Shown here in pieces: positions 1 to 8,860 of a DNA stretch of 64,000 bases. The translations under genes were made by a program, and so were the position numbers. The stretch lies in NCBI GenBank assembly GCA_025336685.1, contig GCA_025336685.1_4717.1, one strand, 5' to 3'. This DNA comes from Escherichia coli (GTDB lineage: Bacteria > Pseudomonadota > Gammaproteobacteria > Enterobacterales > Enterobacteriaceae). Position 1 is the first letter of the stretch, and each line of letters opens with the position of its first letter. The notes under the pieces are model-generated. The model had not been told where the DNA came from. It ran no database searches and saw only the letters and a list, made by a program, of their open reading frames with translations.

Positions 1-321
1 GACAGGTAATATCTCAGAGACCTTGGTTAGTGTATCTAAGGTTTCGATCTCGATGGGCCAGCGGTGCTGTCCGCCAGGCCAAATACCCAGTTTACCAAGA
101 TCGACGCGGTTATAATAGATGTCGACAGAGTTCACCAGCCCTGAACCCGGTTGGGGATGCACGGTTAACTTGCTGTTACGCTTGTACCCTGTGCTTTCAG
201 AAGCCTCACCGATAACCAGTTTATCCAGCGTTACGCCTCGAGCGTCGAAATCGCTATGCTTTCGAATCAGCCGAAAGAGGATTTCTTTCGATTCTAACCC
301 TAGGATTTCACTGTACTCCAT
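1..321 (-). CDS. hypothetical protein, 5' part only (ORF continues past window start)
   Basis: ATG at 321-319 preceded by GGGGTG SD; open frame with no stop down to position 1 (107 codons translated by hand); not in ORF track because no stop in window. Confidence 0.6.
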   Translation of the reverse strand, partial: MEYSEILGLESKEILFRLIRKHSDFDARGVTLDKLVIGEASESTGYKRNSKLTVHPQPGSGLVNSVDIYYNRVDLGKLGIWPGGQHRWPIEIETLDTLTKVSEILPV

Positions 322-336
322 TTAACACCCCTTAGG

Positions 337-546
337 TTACGGTAGGATTTCTGCGCCCGTCGGGCCTGCCTTACGAGCTTCCAACGCACCAAGGTCGTAT
401 TTCAACGTCAGCGTATCGTTGGTGGTAAATAGGTTGTGGTAAGTCGAAATCAGATCGGTAACCTGTGCGCCTACGATCTCGTTCATGTCGAAGGCAGAAC
501 CTTGACCATCATCAGCACGAACGATTTTGTCGCCAGCAGAGACCAT
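337..546 (-). CDS. small hypothetical protein (69 aa)
   Basis: ORF track; ATG start; stop abuts start of next minus gene; separate from 616-1221 (in-frame stops between them). Confidence 0.4.
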   Translation of the reverse strand: MVSAGDKIVRADDGQGSAFDMNEIVGAQVTDLISTYHNLFTTNDTLTLKYDLGALEARKAGPTGAEILP

Positions 547-615
547 CCCAATTTCAGAAATAACCGCGCAGTACTCTTCAATTACCCGGAGAGTTTAGCC
601 ACATTGAGATATTCG

Positions 616-1221
616 TTAATATCCTGATGGTGTCCAGACCAAAGAGACTCCAGCTATAATCGTAGTACTTCCGGTCGCTACCAGAATTCCTGTTGTTGGA
701 ATATCCGGTCGGGGCGGGTTGAGGTTCTTGTCGGTCGGATGCCATTCGATAGTCTGAGCAACACCATCGATGTACTTGGTATATCGCATGGAGCGGACAA
801 CGTTATCGAAATCGATGCGACGACCGTAATAACAGATGTACTTTTTACCGTTTTCCAGCGTCTCAATACGACGTAACCCAAATCTAGCACGTTCGTCCGT
901 GGTCAAATCGTTACCAACTTCACGCATCACGAAAGGTTTGATTTTCCATGGTGAAAGATCGCTTGCTTCGTGAGCGATCGGCATCGAGGAAGGGATGCCG
1001 TTAGCGTTGCGGATGAATTCGTGACCTTGGTTGCCGATACAGAAGTAACGTACAGCAGGATTACCCTCGGGGTAAATCTTTGATTGAATCTGAAGCTTTT
1101 CGTTCAAGGTGCTGTGTTCTTCCCACGCATGAGGAAGACCGAGCGTAAGGTTCGTTTGTACTTGACCGCCGATAATCGTACGGACGATACGATCGGTAGC
1201 ACGGATTTGTGTAGAAGCCAT
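616..1221 (-). CDS. hypothetical protein (201 aa)
   Basis: ORF track; ATG at 1221; tight spacing with upstream gene. Confidence 0.7.
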   Translation of the reverse strand: MASTQIRATDRIVRTIIGGQVQTNLTLGLPHAWEEHSTLNEKLQIQSKIYPEGNPAVRYFCIGNQGHEFIRNANGIPSSMPIAHEASDLSPWKIKPFVMREVGNDLTTDERARFGLRRIETLENGKKYICYYGRRIDFDNVVRSMRYTKYIDGVAQTIEWHPTDKNLNPPRPDIPTTGILVATGSTTIIAGVSLVWTPSGY

Positions 1222-1237
1222 GTCTTTTCCTATTTAA

Positions 1238-2089
1238 TCAGTTATATTGCATCAACAGGATACCGCCGTAGTTCGTGCAGTAATCTTGGCTAAGCGTAAC
1301 GATAACAGCGTTAGCGAACGCAGGGTTAACAGGATAACCCTGTGCGATAAGTTCTGTTGTTTTACCGGTTGCGAGTACGGTAGCCCCGTAAAGGTTGTTT
1401 TCGTCTTCACGACCGTTATAAACCCATGGGGTTGGCGCAACGTTGTTGAATAAGCTAACCATTGCGCTTAGGTTACCACCAACCTTTAACCCGGCAAGAT
1501 CGGAACGGATTGCTGTGCAGTCTATAGCGTAACTGTAGACCAACGCTTGGATACGATTTGCGGTGTAGTACGGGAAATTGAGACCGGCCATCACCGTGGT
1601 CTTCATCATCCCCGCAATATCGCGCGCGCTATCGAGGAGGTAGAATGTAACACTTCCCGTCCAAGCCAATCCGGTTGTTTTCAATTCTACGACATGAGGG
1701 AATGGGTATTCATTCCCTCGAACAATCGGAGAATCGACGCAGCTATCCCGATCGATAACGATTCCGTACGTCGATTGGATCAGAGGGATAAGATCGTGCG
1801 TTGTTTTAACCCCGGCGTCGATAGCAAGCTTCGGTTCCATTCCCAAGAAGAAGTCTTGGATAGGGATACGATCGTACCACACGTAGCTGCTTTCACGGTA
1901 TTGTGCTGGCGTTACTGTTGCCGAAGGCGATACCTTAGCGCGGGTGTTCCGTTTATACGCATGGTTTCCGTTTTCAGCAGCATCCGTGATCTCAAGCGCA
2001 TCGAAGTTAAAGTCGAAGTCAGGATTGGCAGCCTGAATAAGTTCGGCGACCAGTACTTTAGGACTTTTGTTTAACAATTTCTGACTCAT
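1238..2089 (-). CDS. hypothetical protein, tandem paralog family with LAWTGSV motif (283 aa)
   Basis: ATG with AGGAA SD; shares LAWTGSV and C-terminal Y..G.P.. segments with the adjacent 2100-3035 gene. Confidence 0.8.
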   Translation of the reverse strand: MSQKLLNKSPKVLVAELIQAANPDFDFNFDALEITDAAENGNHAYKRNTRAKVSPSATVTPAQYRESSYVWYDRIPIQDFFLGMEPKLAIDAGVKTTHDLIPLIQSTYGIVIDRDSCVDSPIVRGNEYPFPHVVELKTTGLAWTGSVTFYLLDSARDIAGMMKTTVMAGLNFPYYTANRIQALVYSYAIDCTAIRSDLAGLKVGGNLSAMVSLFNNVAPTPWVYNGREDENNLYGATVLATGKTTELIAQGYPVNPAFANAVIVTLSQDYCTNYGGILLMQYN

Positions 2090-2099
2090 TGTTTATTCC

Positions 2100-3035
2100 T
2101 TAGCCTTGTTCTTCTGGAGAACGACCCTGGAGGCTTGCGGTATGTCCGTCGACGTTGTAATAGAAAATCAATGGACCGCCGACAGCAGTACAGTAGTTTT
2201 CATCCAGACTGATCTCGATACCGTATTGGTAACCTGCTCGTGCTGGAATACGTCCGCCTAACTCGCCGTTGAAAGCCACTTTAGCGTTATACAGGTTATA
2301 CGGTGCGATGTTGTCGTCTAATACCCAACGATCGGCGGTCATTTCAGCCAGAAGATCGGCGACCACCACATCGCTAATGACCGTACCTGTTACCAGCGAA
2401 GCCAGCAACTCACCGTAATCGGAAGTATCACGACTGTAGCTGTAGATTTCACCGCTAGCGCGTACGCCTTGTCCGAAGAACTTAAGACCATCAAGCTCTT
2501 TGATTGCGATAATATCATCAAGATTCGGTACACGCGATTTCATCAAGATACGAACACTTCCCGTCCAAGCCAGGCAATCAGATACGACACGGAGCAATTG
2601 TCCGTTAACGGTATCCCAGTTAAGTTCGTCGTTGACAATTTCTTCTGCGGTAAGGCCGAGACCGAAACGTTCTTTGATGATAGGCCAGATATCACGCATC
2701 TTGGTGGCATCTGGTGCATCGATAAGAATAGGTGCTACGTTACGTAGATACGCACCGATGTTAATACGATCGTAATACAGCGTCGTCGAACCTTCGTAAT
2801 CGTCTAACTCGGTAAGCTTAGCGGTTGCCGTTGCCGTAATCTGGGTATCGCGCTCGTAGGCGCTTTGGTTGGTGGTTGGTGTCCCTAAAACCAATAATTC
2901 AGGGGTTAGAACATGTTCTCCGTTCTGAGGTGGGTTATCGTGGTTGATAAGACCATACACGAGATCGGATGAGGGTAAAGAGACGTCGACCGGGTAAAGT
3001 TCGGTGTCGTCAATAGTTGTTACCGTATCACTCAC
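2100..3035 (-). CDS. hypothetical protein, tandem paralog of 1238-2089 (about 311 aa)
   Basis: ORF track gives GTG at 3047 without SD; second GTG at 3035 is preceded by GGAGG at 5 nt, so start placed there. Confidence 0.75.
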   Translation of the reverse strand: MSDTVTTIDDTELYPVDVSLPSSDLVYGLINHDNPPQNGEHVLTPELLVLGTPTTNQSAYERDTQITATATAKLTELDDYEGSTTLYYDRINIGAYLRNVAPILIDAPDATKMRDIWPIIKERFGLGLTAEEIVNDELNWDTVNGQLLRVVSDCLAWTGSVRILMKSRVPNLDDIIAIKELDGLKFFGQGVRASGEIYSYSRDTSDYGELLASLVTGTVISDVVVADLLAEMTADRWVLDDNIAPYNLYNAKVAFNGELGGRIPARAGYQYGIEISLDENYCTAVGGPLIFYYNVDGHTASLQGRSPEEQG

Positions 3036-3094
3036 GGTGACCTCCACGCCAGGAATTAATTAAAAAAGACTTTACGATTTGCTGCGCTATCACG

Positions 3095-5506
3095 TTAAGC
3101 GTCCTCGATAGGCAAAGGTTTAACAATCAAACGATTGAGCGGATTCGATAGACGCATACTGACAGGCTTATACGCAACATGATTCGTCTCACTTAGAACC
3201 GCTGACCTGAAACGACCATTCACCTGTTTGTAGATTGGATCTATCCAAAGACCTTGAAGGTCGCGCTTACGGAAACGTTGTTCGAACGGTTTGATCGGGT
3301 TTATGGTCAGCCCATGCAGCGACTCCGACAGTAAACGCTCACGAAGGTCGCGTGGTGCCCGACCCGGGAACGGTGCAAGCCACAAACCATCGAGTGGGTT
3401 TTTACGGAAACGTAACGAGATGGGATCACTGATGACTTGTGCCCAATATTGCGTACTGAATCGAACCGTTTGGGTATTCTCGTAACCGCTACAGTCACAC
3501 CAGGTTGGTTTCGGAGGTGCTTCCAAACTTTCAACCACCGATTCGCGCCAGTTCGTCATCGGGTTGTTATCATGTACGAATTTGATAACTTCCGTAGCCT
3601 GGTTATCCGTATCATGAACGTTTGCCTGTGCCCAGTCTTCCCACAGTTCTTCACTACCACTTACTAAACTCGAACCAAGACGAACGGCGATTTTGTTTAG
3701 TGGTTTGATTGGATCACTGTTGATTGTCTGGATAAAATGGATGGTGTAACTACTCAATGTCTTAAGCAGCTGCAGCATTCCGTATTGAATATCCTTAAGA
3801 CTGGTGACATCTTCCAAATCTTGACCGGTGGCCTTTGTGAAGATATCGAGAGCCAGAATTCCCGCCTCTTCTTGACTGATTGCGTCAAGCTCCCAATCCA
3901 TCGCTAAGAACCATTCCTTGTAAAGCTGCCCAATACCGAAGTCGACACCAACATCCATGTAAAAGTTTTCAACGATGGCTTCAGCCATACCTCGAGCTTG
4001 ATAATGCTCTTGGAGCTGGTACATGAACTGATGACGACGCCAGCCCTGGTAGATCTCGGTAACGACGTTGAGAAACTCTTCAGTACTGACGACCGGACGC
4101 AATGTTACTTGCTTATCCAAACACCACCAGATCAGTTTATCGGGAATGATAGCGGGATCGGTAATGCTACGGAGATGGTCGAATGTCGGTAGCGTTAACA
4201 CCCTGACATGGTTAGCATGGATCTTAGGTACTTCAATCAGCGTCATGCCCATCGAATAGTTCAGCAAATACAAGAACAGCTTGTATGCATCTTTCATCGA
4301 CATCGTCATGGTATCACCCGTCACCGGGTTGGTTGTCGTTAACCGTGACTGGTACATGCCTATAGCGCTAAGATGAATCCATTCGTTCAGTAGGAAATCA
4401 TACTTAGGATACAATTCACTGTCTGTAAGGTCTTCCGCTTCACTTTCCAACACCTTGGTCGTTAAGGTGTTGTTGTCATGCATCGACATTTTCTCTATCG
4501 TGCGGTTAAGCTCGGTATAATACTCCGCTTCGTTATCCCGCGCTAAAGGGAACTGTTGCTGCATCACGGTGGTGACCTTACGCCTTACCGTGCCGTTGCC
4601 GACGATCTCTTGAAGGTTAAGTGGTTTACGCTCCATGTAAACGGTAGGTTTTAACGTCTGAGGTATCTCGGAAGCGTCTTGTTTGATCGAGAACGCACCG
4701 ATTGGAATTCCACGTTCGGTTAATACCTTTTGAATGAGCTTATCGTAGTTTTCCGTTCTGCCCATGTTTCTTTCAACGTAAGCAATGTTACGATAAAACC
4801 AGAGCATTTGAGATTCGGTCATGTATCGCTCGAATCGATCAAGACCTTGATGGCTTGCCAGATAACTCCAGATATGGAAGCTATGGGCATAATGGGTATG
4901 ACAGTTTTCCCAACGAATACCTTTTATCATCTCAGGTATTTGTGTGAATAGAATGGCGTATAACGCAGGCCAATGAAGCATATCGACGCTTTCATACGCC
5001 GGGTGTTCCCAACGTCTAAAGTAATCATCGATTTCTTGCTGTAAGCGTGGAATAAGATTGGCCTCGCGCGATTCAACCTCTCGTGTATCGTACCAGAGAA
5101 TCTCATGATTGCGTGCCGCAATTGCTTTCTCGATATCGATGGGGTTAAGGATACCCAAGATCAACATACGTTGTTCTGGATACCGCGCAATTAAACGATT
5201 GAAATAATCTCCGCCGTACGCGTATTCCCTTGCTGTCATGCGATGTCGTAACATGTTTTCCTTGGTGAACTCGATCTCTTCGAGCGTATCCAGGGAATTT
5301 ACGGTCATCATTGTCTGACAAGGATGATACTCGCCAGCGAGATTCATGTAGTATAACCACGTGCGTGGGTCGTCCCCGACGGCCATCTGGTAGACTTCGG
5401 AAACCTTGAGGTTTAACCGTTCTGCCGTGATGTCGCTTTTAATAATCAGGGTGTCCGTTAGACGCTGCACGCTTTCCGAATAAAGCTGATAGTCAGTGTT
5501 GGACAC
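3095..5506 (-). CDS. large hypothetical virion-associated protein with C-terminal tandem peptide repeats (about 803 aa)
   Basis: Long ORF; ORF-track start 5575 is TTG without SD; GTG at 5506 preceded by GGAGGA; C-terminus carries repeats RFRKNPLDGLW / RFRKRDLQGLW. Confidence 0.75.
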   Translation of the reverse strand: MSNTDYQLYSESVQRLTDTLIIKSDITAERLNLKVSEVYQMAVGDDPRTWLYYMNLAGEYHPCQTMMTVNSLDTLEEIEFTKENMLRHRMTAREYAYGGDYFNRLIARYPEQRMLILGILNPIDIEKAIAARNHEILWYDTREVESREANLIPRLQQEIDDYFRRWEHPAYESVDMLHWPALYAILFTQIPEMIKGIRWENCHTHYAHSFHIWSYLASHQGLDRFERYMTESQMLWFYRNIAYVERNMGRTENYDKLIQKVLTERGIPIGAFSIKQDASEIPQTLKPTVYMERKPLNLQEIVGNGTVRRKVTTVMQQQFPLARDNEAEYYTELNRTIEKMSMHDNNTLTTKVLESEAEDLTDSELYPKYDFLLNEWIHLSAIGMYQSRLTTTNPVTGDTMTMSMKDAYKLFLYLLNYSMGMTLIEVPKIHANHVRVLTLPTFDHLRSITDPAIIPDKLIWWCLDKQVTLRPVVSTEEFLNVVTEIYQGWRRHQFMYQLQEHYQARGMAEAIVENFYMDVGVDFGIGQLYKEWFLAMDWELDAISQEEAGILALDIFTKATGQDLEDVTSLKDIQYGMLQLLKTLSSYTIHFIQTINSDPIKPLNKIAVRLGSSLVSGSEELWEDWAQANVHDTDNQATEVIKFVHDNNPMTNWRESVVESLEAPPKPTWCDCSGYENTQTVRFSTQYWAQVISDPISLRFRKNPLDGLWLAPFPGRAPRDLRERLLSESLHGLTINPIKPFEQRFRKRDLQGLWIDPIYKQVNGRFRSAVLSETNHVAYKPVSMRLSNPLNRLIVKPLPIEDA

Positions 5507-5533
5507 GATCGGTCCTCCAAGGAGCCAGTGTAA

Positions 5534-8440
5534 ATGAACGATATAAATAAAGGGCGCGTCGCCCTCGAACGTCAAATGAGCAATAATGACGTTGCGAAGG
5601 CACTCATGAACAAATTTGTCGCTCCTGCTCCGCAGTCACGTCTTTATAATACACGTGATGCGGAAGGAGCGAGCGGTCGTTTCGGGTTAGTTGTTCCCGA
5701 CCAAATGACGATGAACACGGTTACGCGTGCGACCGCGACAAACATCGAGGATAATAAAAACATCCTCGAGTTGTTCCCTGAACTTAAACGCGTGATGCAG
5801 ATCTACGTTGCCGCGTTGACGAACCCTAACGATCTTAAGACGGTCGAGATGTTTATCGATAGCGAAGATTTCCCGGGTAGGGTCGCAGAAATCGTTCAGC
5901 CGATGATCGATACCATCGACACGCATTTTAAGAATATCTATAAAATAAAGACGCTTATCCCTCGTATCATCGAAGACGTCTTCTTTATCAAGGGCAGTTA
6001 TAACTTCGTTGTTCTGCCAGAAAGCACGCTCGACCGCGCTATTAATGGTAACGGTCAACTGAAACTTGAAGAATACGGGTTTAGAGACAACCATTTCGCA
6101 AGTTGGGGGCTTTTAGGTAACGACAGTCGCAAACGTCACGAAAATCAATTACCTTCGACGGTCTCGATGGAAGATTATTTCTCGGGCGTTAATGAAACCA
6201 TACCGTACGATCCCGTTGTCCGTATAGACAGCATTAAGTTTACCAATACCCTGCTTCGTGATAAGGACGGTAAATTCATTGAAGCGAAGATCGATATTCC
6301 GGATATGGTTACGGTTGTCGATAACCCAGATATTCTCCGCATGCCTATTTTGCATCAACGTCGAGCAGCGACAGCGGTGCAACGCGCGTTACGCACGAAC
6401 ACGTTAGGAGGTAGTGGTTTGGTAACACTGTCAGGTGATCCAACCCTAACCGCTAACCGACGTGAGCTGTCGCAAGAACAGGTTAACGAGATTTGGAATA
6501 AACTCAACATCCAACGTCACACCAAGGTATCTCCCGTTTACGCGCTGGCAACCCCAGATACGCTTGATCGTCAAAGCGTTGGCCATCCTGGTGTGATGCA
6601 CGTACCACCTGAGGCATTAGAACCCGTACATGCACCAGGTGATCCGGAGAACCATATCGGGTATTTAGTTCAGTTGGATGAGTTTGGTTATCCGGTGCGT
6701 TTGGTTGAGGATGCTGCGTATTACAAGCAGTTGGAAGGTCGGTTGTCGAAGATCACCGCGGATATCGCGGGTACGTCAAGCAACGGCATGGCGAGCGAGA
6801 TGATCGGTGCGGCCAAGAACATGATCCAAGGTACGTCGTGTAATCAAGTAGACATGTCGGCCTTCGTGTCATCGTACGAATCATTGATGCAACGCTACAT
6901 CGTTGAACGAATCGTCAACGGTTATCTTGGTAGTGCGGTGGAGATCGGTGCGACATCATCGTTTTACCTATCGATGCTTGCTCGCAGTCTCGCCCACAAG
7001 CAGACCCGTGTTTTGTTTATTCCTCGAGAGATGGTGACATACATCGCTTATGAATACAACAAATACGGTATTGGTCGTTCACTGCTTGAAAGTACGAAGA
7101 TGATCTCGTCGCAACGAGCCATGCTCATGGTTCAAGAACTGATGGCGAAAATCAAAAGTTCGTTGAACTATACGACGCTAAGTGTAATGCTTGAAGATAC
7201 CGACAGAAACCCGGTCGATACCGTCGAACAGGCACTACATAGTTTCGCTCGCGTCTACCAGTCTGGTTTCCCGTTGGGTGAAACTAACCCAATGGACATC
7301 ATCAACGCATACGAACGAAGCTCGATTCGATTGAAGGTTGAGGGGAATAACCCACGCTTCCCGAAATTGAATACGGACGTCAGCGTTGAGCAGCGTAACT
7401 ATCAGTCTCCTGATAATGAATTGATGGATCGTTACCGTCGTGACCACTTCATGGGTTTGGGAGTTTCTCCAGAGATTATCGATACTTCCTACCAATCTGA
7501 ATTCGCGGCTTCTGTGATTACCGCTAACGCGATGCAAGAGAAGCAGTTCACGGTTTGTCGTGAGGTTATCACGAACGGATTAACTGATCACATCAAGAAG
7601 TACACGGCTTACAGTCCTGTATTGTTGACGTCGCTACGAAACACGGTTCGTGCGAACATGTCTAAGCTCTCCCAAGCACAATTGAAACAGCTTTTTGGTA
7701 GCGATTTCGAAAACGGCGTTATTCGTAACGTTAATGCTTATCAGGAGATCGACGACCAGTCAGCAACAATGGACCTGGATTATTCTAAACCGGAAGTTCA
7801 GGAAGTTATTGCCGATGCTTATGTATCCATGTTCTTAAACAGTCTGCAGGTGCGTTTACCGAACAGCAATGCTCGCCGCCTTGAAGATCAGGTACGTGAA
7901 TATAATCAGTACAAGGAAGCGATTACAGCGCAACTTGATGATTATTTAACGCCTGATTACGTCATGGGTCTGGGTGGGGTTGATGAAACAACACTGCAGA
8001 TGATCCGTGCATGCATTATTGGTACCGCGATGCGTACATGGGCAAAAGAGAACAACTTCAATCAGGAGCTGGCTGATCTCTTCAGTCTCGACGATAAGAA
8101 GAATGCCGTGCAAGATTGGAAACGTGCATCCATGGAACATATTGAAATCATGGGTAAATGCATGGGTGATTTTGCATTGTATATTCAGAATCTGACGAAG
8201 AAGATTGAAGAGAAGATGGGAGATCAAGCACAGGACGGCAGCGTTTCATCTGATGGTTCTTGGTCGTCTGATTCAAGTAGTGATACCGGTTCTTCTGATG
8301 ACTTTGGCGGTGATGATTTCGGGGATACCGATTTCGATACCGAAACGATGGAGGAAACCTCAACAGAGGAGACAACCACGTCTGAGGATACGACTACCGA
8401 TACAACGTCAGAAGACGAGACTTCAGGTGATATTGTCTAA
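5534..8440 (+). CDS. large hypothetical protein with acidic S/T/D/E-rich C-terminal tail (968 aa)
   Basis: ATG at 5534 with GGAG SD 9 nt upstream; 2.9 kb ORF; last ~70 aa low-complexity acidic. Confidence 0.85.
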   Translation: MNDINKGRVALERQMSNNDVAKALMNKFVAPAPQSRLYNTRDAEGASGRFGLVVPDQMTMNTVTRATATNIEDNKNILELFPELKRVMQIYVAALTNPNDLKTVEMFIDSEDFPGRVAEIVQPMIDTIDTHFKNIYKIKTLIPRIIEDVFFIKGSYNFVVLPESTLDRAINGNGQLKLEEYGFRDNHFASWGLLGNDSRKRHENQLPSTVSMEDYFSGVNETIPYDPVVRIDSIKFTNTLLRDKDGKFIEAKIDIPDMVTVVDNPDILRMPILHQRRAATAVQRALRTNTLGGSGLVTLSGDPTLTANRRELSQEQVNEIWNKLNIQRHTKVSPVYALATPDTLDRQSVGHPGVMHVPPEALEPVHAPGDPENHIGYLVQLDEFGYPVRLVEDAAYYKQLEGRLSKITADIAGTSSNGMASEMIGAAKNMIQGTSCNQVDMSAFVSSYESLMQRYIVERIVNGYLGSAVEIGATSSFYLSMLARSLAHKQTRVLFIPREMVTYIAYEYNKYGIGRSLLESTKMISSQRAMLMVQELMAKIKSSLNYTTLSVMLEDTDRNPVDTVEQALHSFARVYQSGFPLGETNPMDIINAYERSSIRLKVEGNNPRFPKLNTDVSVEQRNYQSPDNELMDRYRRDHFMGLGVSPEIIDTSYQSEFAASVITANAMQEKQFTVCREVITNGLTDHIKKYTAYSPVLLTSLRNTVRANMSKLSQAQLKQLFGSDFENGVIRNVNAYQEIDDQSATMDLDYSKPEVQEVIADAYVSMFLNSLQVRLPNSNARRLEDQVREYNQYKEAITAQLDDYLTPDYVMGLGGVDETTLQMIRACIIGTAMRTWAKENNFNQELADLFSLDDKKNAVQDWKRASMEHIEIMGKCMGDFALYIQNLTKKIEEKMGDQAQDGSVSSDGSWSSDSSSDTGSSDDFGGDDFGDTDFDTETMEETSTEETTTSEDTTTDTTSEDETSGDIV

Positions 8441-8469
8441 ACGGACGTAAAAAAATAACACATAGTTAA

Positions 8470-8505
8470 CCTTCTCCCCAACCCGATGAGGGAAGGGGAG
8501 AAGGG
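8470..8505. terminator. GC-rich hairpin between convergent genes (CCTTCTCCCC...GGGGAGAAGG), member of the junction hairpin family
   Basis: Inverted repeat read directly; lies between stop of 5534-8440 (+) and stop of 8517-8798 (-); followed by CTATG. Confidence 0.5.
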
Positions 8506-8516
8506 CTATGCGCTAT

Positions 8517-8798
8517 TTAATTATTTCGAGAGGTTAACCACGATTCAATTGCGGTGAGGTTGCATTTCAGTTCACGCCAACTAGGGTGTGGTGGGATCAC
8601 AGCACCTTTGTCAATTACGGTTAGCTGAACCTGGTATTTCTGTTGCATACGTGCTACCGTATCGCTTACCGAGAGGAAAAGCTGGTAACGTTCGTACGCT
8701 GTCAGTTCGCGGTCCTGATAAACCGCGTAGGTGGCTAACGTAACTTCGCGTAAGTCCTTTGCGTCCACAGAGACGGTGATGAGTTTATATTGACTCAT
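8517..8798 (-). CDS. small hypothetical protein (93 aa)
   Basis: ATG at 8798 with AAGGAAA SD. Confidence 0.6.
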   Translation of the reverse strand: MSQYKLITVSVDAKDLREVTLATYAVYQDRELTAYERYQLFLSVSDTVARMQQKYQVQLTVIDKGAVIPPHPSWRELKCNLTAIESWLTSRNN

Positions 8799-8817
8799 AC
8801 GGTTTCCTTATCGACTA

Positions 8818-8840
8818 GGGTATTGCAAACTACAATACCC
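8818..8840 (-). promoter_or_regulatory. hairpin GGGTATTG-loop-CAATACCC immediately upstream of the SD of 8517-8798
   Basis: 8-bp inverted repeat between stop of 8861-11419 and start of 8517-8798; no U-tract. Confidence 0.3.
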
Positions 8841-8860
8841 GTCATCGGATGATAACTTAA

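Noticed and set aside
616-1221. Single gene spanning 337-1221 interrupted by a stop
   Set aside because: The two ORFs are in the same frame, but three in-frame stops lie between them (583-618), so they are separate features rather than one read-through gene.
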